From an uncultured bacterium (GTDB taxonomy: Bacteria; CSSED10-310; CAZUFC01), in the NCBI GenBank assembly GCA_964619725.1, contig CAZUFC010000171.1, forward strand, positions 1 through 15,444: a stretch of DNA of 15,444 nt. Direction: 5' to 3'. The translations under genes were made by a program, and so were the position numbers. Every line of letters begins with the position of its first letter. Within the stretch, counting starts at the first letter, position 1. Under the pieces are notes generated by a model that worked only from the letters and a program-made list of their open reading frames with translations, did not search any database and was not told where the DNA came from. Shown one piece after another: positions 9,301 through 15,444 of the stretch.

Positions 9301-12300
9301 GGATGCAGGCGTCGACGTTGGAGAACCTGTCGGTGTAGGAGTATAAGGCGTTACGCTTGGAGGAGGAGTCGGATTCGTGAAAGTCGTTTCGTCCGCGCCA
9401 ATATCATTGCGCCCCAGGCTGAATGGCCTGTAATCTCCGTCGAAATCATCCATAGGAGCATAGTTGTTGGTTCCCCTATCAATACAACAGGATGAATGCC
9501 TCAGATGATAATCGCCGTCACCTTTAAAAGATGGATTGCATGGAGGCGTCAAATTTCCTTCACCGGACGCTCCGCTTTGAATATTGCTGTAGTCCGCGTT
9601 TAATCCGTAAAGGTCGTAATCGTTGTTCCACAGAAGACAGTTCCTTATAAAAGCGTTACCGCTTGAATTTCCGTAAATCCCATATCCGCTGTTGCCGGCG
9701 ATGGTGTTGTTTACGATAAGGGGTAAGGCGCTGTTCAGATAGACGGCATTTCCCGGATGGTCGACTATGAAGCAGTTATAAACCGTCGCCGGCGTTGCGT
9801 TGATATAGACGGCATAACCGTCTGAACCATTGTTCGGCGATGCCGTCATCTCGTTGGCCCGCATCATGAGTCCATTAAGGCGCACTTCGGCATCAGCGCC
9901 GGTGATGTATAACCCGCAGCCCCGGACGTAAGAAGCGCGGCTGCTCCCTTCGCTGTAAGCCTCACAGATGTTTTCTTCGATTATGGTTCCTCTTTCCATA
10001 ACAAGTTGTGCGCCGTCATTGCAATAAACAGCCGACCCGTATGAATAGGAATAACCTCGCCCGCTGCTTGCGACGTCCTTACCGAAAGAATACGCTATAT
10101 TATCTCTGAATAGATCGCTATGAACATGGACTGCAGAACCTTGATCGCAATATAACGCCGCGCCGAAGCCGTAAGCATAGGCCCTCTGACTGGAAGACCC
10201 GTTTTCAGCATGAACGTGGACTCTATTTTCCCGGAACTCATTAAAGGCAAAGGACACCAGGCTGCCGTCAGCACAATAGACGGCTCCGCCGTAAGAATAT
10301 TGATAAATGTTTGCTCCGTATCCGCTATTGAAATAGTTATAACTTTCATTGGCCAAAATGAGGTTTGAGATCAATTCGGCTTCCCCTGCGCAGTAAAGAG
10401 CTCCGCCCATCATGGTCGTATTGACGGAATTGGAGGTTACGACGCGATTCTGGATGAATTCATTATTGTCCAGGATCACAGATGCCGTTGAATCGACGAA
10501 AAGCGCTCCGCCTTTTGCATTGGGACTTTCTGCCATGTTGCCTTCGAATAGATTATCCGTCATCGTTACAGGACTGTCTGAATCAGCTATGTAAATGCCC
10601 CCGCCGATATTATCAGAGTAATTAAAACTGATTATGTTTCCCTCCAGAAGGATTTTACTGCCTCCCCCGCAGTAAATCCCCCCGCCCAGGACCTCTTCGC
10701 CTTCAACGAAGTTATCGATGATCGTGTTGTCGATCAAACGAATGTTGTTTCCATGGATATAAAGGCCGCCGCCCAGCGCGAGGTTGCGGGAAGATGGAAC
10801 GTCCACGCAGTAATTGTTTTCTATCCGGTTGTTGCTGATAAGGATATCCTGAGCCCGTCCGACATAGAATCCGCCGCCGTAGTCGCCTCGACCGTTGACG
10901 ATCATAAATCCGTCTATGGCGACGTTGATGACTCGGGGAATTCTCACAACAGTATCCATGTGAGCTCCGTCAATAACTGTCAGATGCATATCCGGGTCGC
11001 GCGTTCCTCCGCCCGCGGGATAACCTCCGAGAAGAGTCAAATAACTCACGCAGAAAATATTTTCCGTGTAATGTCCTTCGGCGACATGCACATTGCCGCC
11101 GCCCATATTCTCAGCCAGTATGATCGCTGATGTGATTGACGCTTTAGCTGAACCCCAGGCGAGTCCGTCATTTTCATCATTGCCGTTGAGAGAATCGACG
11201 TAGAAGTCTGCGGAAGGAGTCGGACTGGGACCGGGAGTATGAGTTCCGAAGGGCGTAACATATGGAGTCGGTGAAGGATTGGTTCTGGGAACTTCATCCG
11301 CGCCTATGTCCGGGACGCCGAATGCATAAGGGCGTTGTTCTCCATCCGCGTCATGGTCCAAATGCCCCTCGAAACTTCCCCTGTCTATACAGCAGGAGTA
11401 TCTCGACAGGTGATAATCGCCGTTCCCGATAAAGACTGGATTGCAGGGCGGGTCCAGGTTGCCTTCGCCCGGGTCTGCACCCTGGATGTCGCTGTAAGTC
11501 GCCGTTACGTTCACGAGGTCGTCCGGATGTCCCCAGAGTATGCAATTTCTGATGACGGGAATACTGCTTCCGGCCCCATAGATGCCGTTGTTAAGATTAT
11601 ATGCTATTGTGTTGTTGACGATGAGCGAGCTGGAATTCTGCAGATAGATGCCTGTTCCCGGATTCTCCACTATAAAAGAATTATAGAGCTGAACGGCTGA
11701 AGAATTGATGTATATCCCGTGTCCGATAGAGGCGTTATTGGGTGAAGCGTATAAAAAATTGTTGCGGACGGTCAAGCCGTCCAGAATGACGTCAGCCGTC
11801 GTTCCAGTTACATAAACCGCCCCGCCGTAGGTATAAGCGGCCCTGCTGCTTCCGTAAGCTTCTGCATGGCATTGATTGTCCTCCAGGAGGCTTCCGATGC
11901 CGATGACGACCTCCGATGCATCAGCGCAATAAAGGACCCCGCCGTATGCGTAGGCATAACCGCGACCGCTGCTTGCCGTATCTTTACCGTAAGCATAGGA
12001 CATATTTTCAGTCATCGAATCGTTAGACATCACCAGTTTGCCTCCGGCATCGCAGTATGCGACAGCCCCGTATCCATAGGCATATCCCCGGCGACTCGAA
12101 CTGGCGTTTTCCGAGTGGCTGTAAGCCTGATTTTCATTATAAACATTTAGCGACGATTCGAGAATTCCGTCTGTAGCGCAAAACAGCGCTCCACCGTAAG
12201 AATACTGGTAGGCATTGTCTCCATAACTGGAATTAAAATAATTATAACTCTGGTTTCTAATGAACAGGTTCCCGGAAACGCCGGCTATACCCGCGCAATA

Positions 12301-14988
12301 TATCCCGCCGCCTCTGACCGTCGTATTGACGTTGTTGGAATTTGAGGCCCGGTTGTCCCTGAATTCATTGTCCGTAACCGTTACCTCAACGCCCCTGTCG
12401 ACGAATAATCCGCCGCCCCGGCCCTCAGCCCCCGTCGCTTCATTCCACTCGAACACGTTTCCGAAAATAGAAACGGGAAAATCCGCATTCGTAATGGCAC
12501 ACCCTCCGCCGGCGTATTCGCACGTATTGTAAGATAGAGTATTGCCGCTTATGACGATACCGTGACCGTTAGGGCAGTAAATGCCTCCGCCCAATGCATC
12601 GCTCCCCGTAACCGTATTGTAGGAAATCGTGTTGGCGCTGATCCGGATATCGGTTCCCAGGGCGTAAATGCCGCCTCCTCTTGCCAGGTTGTTCGTTGCA
12701 GGATTGTGGACAGCTTTGTTTTGCGTGATCGTATTCCCGTTAATAACAACCCGGCGGGCATGACCGATGTAGATGCCGCCTCCATATTCCGCCAGCCCTC
12801 CCGTTAACACGAAACCATCAACAACGACGTTTGAAACCGCTCCTATTCTTATGGGAGCATCCTCATTATCGGCATCTATTACCGTAATATTGACTGATGG
12901 GTCTCTGTCCCCGCCGCCTGCCGGATAGCCTCCGTAAAGCCGCAAGTTATCAAAAGCGTTGATTTTTTCATGATAGGTCCAGGCTGCCGCATGAATATTG
13001 CCGCCTCCGTTTGCTTCAGCAAGTTCCAAAGCAGCGCCGACAGTTTCTTTGGCGCTCGACCAGCTCAATCCGTCATTGTAATCCTGCCCCAGCTCTCCGT
13101 CGACATAGTAGTCAGCAGCCGGCGTCGGGATAGGCGTTGCCGTGCCGAAAGGCGTCGAGTAAGGCGTCGGCGAGGGATTGATGTGTGCGCATTCGTCCGC
13201 TCCGATGTCGGGCATGCCGAAGGCGTATGGGCGATATTCACCGTCGAAATCATGATCTGGAATGTCAAGCGGATACCCGCGGTCTATACAGCATGAACCC
13301 GGAAGAATATGATAGTCGCCGTCTCCAACGAATAAAGGCGGGCACGGCGGGTCCAGGTTCCCTTCCCCCGGATCGCCCCCTTGAATGTCGGAATACTCAG
13401 CCGCAACTCCGTGCAAATCGTCGTTATTCCCCCATAGAATGCTGTTTCTGACCAGCGGATTGCCGCCGTCCGCATAAATGCCGTATCCGTCATTGTATAC
13501 GATTGTGCAGTGGATGATCTGAGCATCGCTTGAATACAGATAAACCGCTTCATTTTCATTGTCATGGATGAAAGAGTTGACTAATTGCAACGGCGTTTCG
13601 CGAACGTAAATGCCTTCGCCTAGAGAAGTATTGTTCGGAACGGCGTTCAAATGATTCGCTTTCAGCACGATACCGTCTATCGTCACATCCGCGTTCGCTC
13701 CCCATGTGCATATTCCTCCGCCGTATACATAAGCATAATCGTATGATCCTGATCCGGCACCCTGGGCAATCGCTGAATTCTCTTGCACTGTAACTCCCAG
13801 GCCGATTATTGCCGCAGAACCATCAGCCAGGTATAAAGCGCCTCCGTATGAATAACCAAAACCTCTGCCGCTGGAAGCCGTATCCTGTCCGTACGCATAA
13901 GCGATATTTTCCTCCAGGAGATCGCCGGCAGACTCCATATACCCGCCGGCAGCGCAATACAAAGCTCCACCGTAACTGTAAGCGTAAGCTCTTCGGCTTG
14001 ACGTCGTATTTATGATGTTCGCATAAGCCTGGTTCACATAATATTCGTTCCCGGAAGAAACCGTTATGCCCCCGGCGCCGCAAAAAACGGCTCCGCCGTA
14101 CGAGCATTTCTGCAAGTTGTCGTTATACCCGCCGTTAAACATTGACCTGGCTTCATTGCCGCTGAACAAACATCCGGTCATCGTCAATTCTCCCAGGCAG
14201 TAAATGCCCCCGCCTCCGGAATGAGTATCATGCGACCCTGTTGCAATTGAATAATTGTTCAATATTTCGTTATCGTTCATCACTACGACGCTGTTAGAGT
14301 CTATCCACAATCCGCCGCCGAAGGCCGATGAAGCGGTGACGGCGTTTTCCTGAATAACGTTGCCTGTCAAAGTCAGGTCGCTTTCAGATACGAAGATGCC
14401 GCCGCCATGATCCGCCCCGGCGCCTGTGTTGTTCTGAATGACGTTGTATTCCAGCGTAACCGACGAGAGAACGCACGAGATGCCGGCGCCGGCGACTGCA
14501 GCTTCATTTTGTTCTATGATGCAATTATCTATTATACATGAGGAGCAGGAAGCCATTGAAATTCCGCCGCCTTGATCGGCGGAACCGTTTCTTATCGTAA
14601 AGCCGTCGACCCGGAAGTTTGCAGCGTTTGATACGTTCAGTCCTGCTTCTGCGGAACTTCCGTCTACAATGCTGATATAATTGACAGGATCACGAGGGCC
14701 GCCGCCCGCGGGGTAACCGCCCAGCATCGTCACGTTATCGGCGCCGATGTTTACGTTTTCCGTGTAAATCCCTTCGGAGACATTGATCACGGACGGGGCA
14801 GAAACCATATCAACTGCCGCTTGAACTGTGGCTTTGGCCGTACCCCATGACAAACCGTCGTTGCCGTCGTCCCCGTTAAACTGATCGACGTAATAATCGG
14901 TTTGAGCGTAAGCGACATTCGCTGCCCCGGAGGCCAGTAAAACCGGAATTGCGAGCATTAACAAAAGCGATAAATATTTGTTCTTCAT
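6391..14988 (-). CDS. Giant secreted protein (~2865 aa from the internal ATG): four tandem right-handed parallel beta-helix (pectin-lyase-like/Pmp-like) modules, each ending in a choice-of-anchor-Q-like motif, plus C-terminal dockerin-like and cohesin-like domains
   Basis: AAGGAG (15000-14995) lies 6 nt before ATG 14988. A 28-aa Sec signal MKNKYLSLLLMLAIPVLLASGAANVAYA/Q follows. Each module starts (Y/F)YVD..G.D.NDGL.W..AK, contains many GGG(I/L)Y / GGA(L/V)Y and Asn-ladder repeats, and ends DYH(I/L)...S.C(I/V)..G...D.DG..RP...DIGADE. The C-terminus has GDANGDGFVN and DFNDDDVINSAD Ca-loop-like repeats. The ORF track starts this frame at 15348 because there is no stop upstream. Confidence 0.9.
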   Translation of the reverse strand: MKNKYLSLLLMLAIPVLLASGAANVAYAQTDYYVDQFNGDDGNDGLSWGTAKATVQAAVDMVSAPSVINVSEGIYTENVNIGADNVTMLGGYPAGGGPRDPVNYISIVDGSSAEAGLNVSNAANFRVDGFTIRNGSADQGGGISMASCSSCIIDNCIIEQNEAAVAGAGISCVLSSVTLEYNVIQNNTGAGADHGGGIFVSESDLTLTGNVIQENAVTASSAFGGGLWIDSNSVVVMNDNEILNNYSIATGSHDTHSGGGGIYCLGELTMTGCLFSGNEARSMFNGGYNDNLQKCSYGGAVFCGAGGITVSSGNEYYVNQAYANIINTTSSRRAYAYSYGGALYCAAGGYMESAGDLLEENIAYAYGQDTASSGRGFGYSYGGALYLADGSAAIIGLGVTVQENSAIAQGAGSGSYDYAYVYGGGICTWGANADVTIDGIVLKANHLNAVPNNTSLGEGIYVRETPLQLVNSFIHDNENEAVYLYSSDAQIIHCTIVYNDGYGIYADGGNPLVRNSILWGNNDDLHGVAAEYSDIQGGDPGEGNLDPPCPPLFVGDGDYHILPGSCCIDRGYPLDIPDHDFDGEYRPYAFGMPDIGADECAHINPSPTPYSTPFGTATPIPTPAADYYVDGELGQDYNDGLSWSSAKETVGAALELAEANGGGNIHAAAWTYHEKINAFDNLRLYGGYPAGGGDRDPSVNITVIDADNEDAPIRIGAVSNVVVDGFVLTGGLAEYGGGIYIGHARRVVINGNTITQNKAVHNPATNNLARGGGIYALGTDIRISANTISYNTVTGSDALGGGIYCPNGHGIVISGNTLSYNTCEYAGGGCAITNADFPVSIFGNVFEWNEATGAEGRGGGLFVDRGVEVTVTDNEFRDNRASNSNNVNTTVRGGGIYCAGIAGVSGNLFIRNQSYNYFNSSYGDNAYQYSYGGALFCATDGILESSLNVYNENQAYSHSENASSSRRGYAYGYGAVAYCDAGGKLVMSNDSMTENMSYAYGKDTASSGRGYAYAYGGVLYCADASEVVIGIGSLLEDNQCHAEAYGSSRAAYTYGGAVYVTGTTADVILDGLTVRNNFLYASPNNASIGHGIYINSSAVQLYNSFIVENPGTGIYLQNSSSLIVNNTIAYNLNNGIYGAGSSIPVIRNCILWGHPDDLVNVTATYSDIQGADPGEGNLDPPCNPVFIGNGDYHLSRYSCCIDRGSFEGHLDHDADGEQRPYAFGVPDIGADEVPRTNPSPTPYVTPFGTHTPGPSPTPSADFYVDSLNGNDENDGLAWGSAKASITSAIILAENMGGGNVHVAEGHYTENIFCVSYLTLLGGYPAGGGTRDPDMHLTVIDGAHMDTVVRIPRVINVAIDGFMIVNGRGDYGGGFYVGRAQDILISNNRIENNYCVDVPSSRNLALGGGLYIHGNNIRLIDNTIIDNFVEGEEVLGGGIYCGGGSKILLEGNIISFNYSDNIGGGIYIADSDSPVTMTDNLFEGNMAESPNAKGGALFVDSTASVILDNNEFIQNRVVTSNSVNTTMMGGALYCAGEAELISNLILANESYNYFNSGYGANIYQYSYGGAVYCADGSLVSFAFNEFRENRVHVHAENGSSSQRAYAYGFGAALYCDQGSAVHVHSDLFRDNIAYSFGKDVASSGRGYSYSYGSAVYCNDGAQLVMERGTIIEENICEAYSEGSSRASYVRGCGLYITGADAEVRLNGLMMRANEMTASPNNGSDGYAVYINATPATVYNCFIVDHPGNAVYLNSALPLIVNNTIAGNSGYGIYGNSSGNAFIRNCLLWNNDYDLYGLNADYSNIQSGASGEGNLTPPCNPSFKGDGDYHLRHSSCCIDRGTNNYAPMDDFDGDYRPFSLGRNDIGADETTFTNPTPPPSVTPYTPTPTGSPTSTPASEYYVDQINGDDGNDGLSWVAAKASITAALDAAVSGGFIHTAEGEYKENLLLAGDITLLGGYPSGGGLRDPSIHTTIINGRRLDAAVIINNASNTTIDGFAIMNGRQYYGGGISCYSSRHIMMKDCVIESNTAGENGNLARGGGAFFAHCYDVRITGCRFLDNQVVLTSEGYGGALHIQSCGLTSVDSCSFESNTAPMAGGAVACFDTDDTLVISNNEFTGNGASGSGTSAVKMGGAIYCADDASPVIFSNAFSANSATAIGRDAAAKGGALYLEGNSLLYDNKFIGNEAHVEIIASYGNYLYVYSYGGAVYAGENSDLTLESNFFRNNIAYSYCENTASSYRAYAYSYGGGLFCASNSQTEIRRSAFMENTAYASAREQASSGRAYGNTYGGAVAVDSGASAVIHESVLITDNKGESYASGNSQQLGYSYGGGVYIAGGAAEVTVHRVLISDNDAWGSPDHFTVGDGIYIGSNDPLKVVDCFIANNQGYGIYCNSSGEKVRIYHDTIADNISYGIYKNSGNLEITNCIVWNHNDDLYGVDSVHCAVSDGDAGEGNIPDDPQFVGNKDYHIHETSPCVNAGAFLMEYDLTDRDYDGHDRPLEGEFDIGADEFSGEPILNLTIFIDGIYSSGSQAPASIDIELRQGSSPDTAVHVYARIEEVPLDANGNTGDLTMTGYQGGDYYLFVDHKNHLSVITSERLHFTYVGKTTVNLSDVNSPYYIQAYGFEPLGPEADDMLAIRGGDANGDGFVNASGDFVRWLVANGSIPTDPNWDDLSDFNDDDVINSADYSIWLNQNGRLSFVPDINGKSRAEGYVLNLNELELKITEYSELSNQAFITVELILNAEMPGRILAVDALIAYDEQYLGQPVREKDYLHRNTTDFSRENDYDCNGTAYHYSRGAMPSQEGHNIRNGENMLMKLTFPLKKVHLQSLTGDKTPLGLVPGITGVSLEEQEAPEIMRIVKRGIDCLP
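7471..14904 (-). repeat. Four diverged intragenic module repeats: ~14904-13192, 13113-11293, 11208-9388, 9300-7471
   Basis: Boundaries were taken from YYVD/FYVD to DIGADE. Lengths are about 571, 607, 607 and 610 codons, separated by ~26-29-aa NP(S/T)P...TP linkers. Confidence 0.9.
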
Positions 14989-15444
14989 CAGCAGCTCCTT
15001 GAGGCGACATTGCTTCTTAACGAGCATAATACAGAAAAACAGGATCAGCGCCGTCAATCCGATTCCCGACAGAGCAGGAACGGGAGCAGGCGTCGGAGTG
15101 GTCGTAGGAGAAGCCGTGGGACCGGTTGTCGGCGTCCCGGTGGGTTCGCTCGTGGGCGAATGGGTAGGACTGTCTGTCGGCGTTGAAGTTGGCGAGATTG
15201 TGGGTGAAAGAGTATGCGTGGGCGAGACGGTCGGCGTACCTGTGGGTTCGCTCGTGGGCGAACAGGTAGGACTGTCGGTCGGCGTAGAAGTGGGAGATTC
15301 GGTAGGCGACAGAGTATGAGTGGGAGTCAGGGTGACGGTGGAACTCAATGTTGCCGTGGGAGAGAGAGTCGGCGTCAGGGTGGCGGTTCCGGTGGGGGAT
15401 AAGGTCGGCGTCAGGGTCGGCGTGTCGGTGGGAGGAATCGTGGG
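14989..15444 (-). CDS. 3' end of an upstream surface-protein gene (partial, begins beyond the window): PT stalk plus IPTL-CTERM-like anchor, no stop codon, in frame with the 14988 gene
   Basis: The frame is open from the window edge ([38 protein letters not shown]...) through TPTPAP VPALSGIGLTALILFFCIMLVKK QCRLKELL into MKNKY. The layout is the same as the C-terminus of the 948..5558 protein. The TTG at 15348 is an internal Leu codon. Confidence 0.85.
14995..15000 (-). promoter_or_regulatory. Shine-Dalgarno sequence internal to the fused reading frame
   Basis: The minus strand reads CTC AAGGAG CTGCTG ATG AAG AAC AAA. Confidence 0.8.
15121..15324 (-). repeat. 102-bp (34-codon) tandem duplication within the PT stalk
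   Basis: [34 protein letters not shown] / PTHTLSPTISPTSTPTDSPTHSPTSEPTGTPTTG. The 21-mer GTGGGTTCGCTCGTGGGCGAA occurs at 15140 and 15242, an offset of 102. Confidence 0.88.

Noticed and set aside
7471-14904. Autotransporter/Pmp assignment for the GGA(I/L/V)-rich giant protein
   Set aside because: There is no C-terminal beta-barrel or terminal aromatic residue. The protein ends in dockerin/cohesin-like domains.
14986-14990. TGATG stop/start overlap at the internal ATG as the real end of the upstream gene
   Set aside because: The TGA is in a different frame from the anchor-coding frame. Using it would need a frameshift, and the in-frame tail VKK already looks like a normal basic terminus. It remains a less likely alternative to TAA>CAA.
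15346-15348. TTG start of the 2985-aa ORF in the ORF track
   Set aside because: The frame remains open to the window edge with continuing PT repeats, and there is no RBS or signal peptide here. It is an internal Leu codon.
1476-15402. Numerous 60-140-aa ORFs overlapping the two giant genes
   Set aside because: They lie within long ORFs with coherent domain structure, and show no recognisable motifs or convincing start signals.

Overview
Bacterial accessory region made up almost entirely of very large secreted or cell-surface proteins with Pro/Thr/Ser-rich linkers. The left edge holds the probable 5' end of a group II intron (- strand, 1..80), a short hairpin-rich segment and a 5'-truncated flavodoxin-like gene. 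On the + strand is a ~1536-aa modular surface protein (signal peptide, DUF2341 + LamG, PT linker, CARDB, Ig/FN3-like domains, an unassigned WFCTNRP/HFNGGHY domain, a carboxypeptidase-regulatory-like domain, PT linker, IPTL-CTERM-like anchor), followed by an orphan C-terminal-domain remnant. Converging on the - strand is a ~2865-aa protein with four tandem ~570-610-aa beta-helix modules and a dockerin-like plus cohesin-like C-terminus. The most unusual observation is that this giant gene has its own RBS, ATG and signal peptide, yet is fused in frame with no stop codon to the IPTL-CTERM-like membrane anchor of an upstream surface-protein gene that runs off the window. This is either a lost stop codon (TAA>CAA) or a topologically coherent surface polyprotein. 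All domain calls are from motif recognition by eye; no searches were run.
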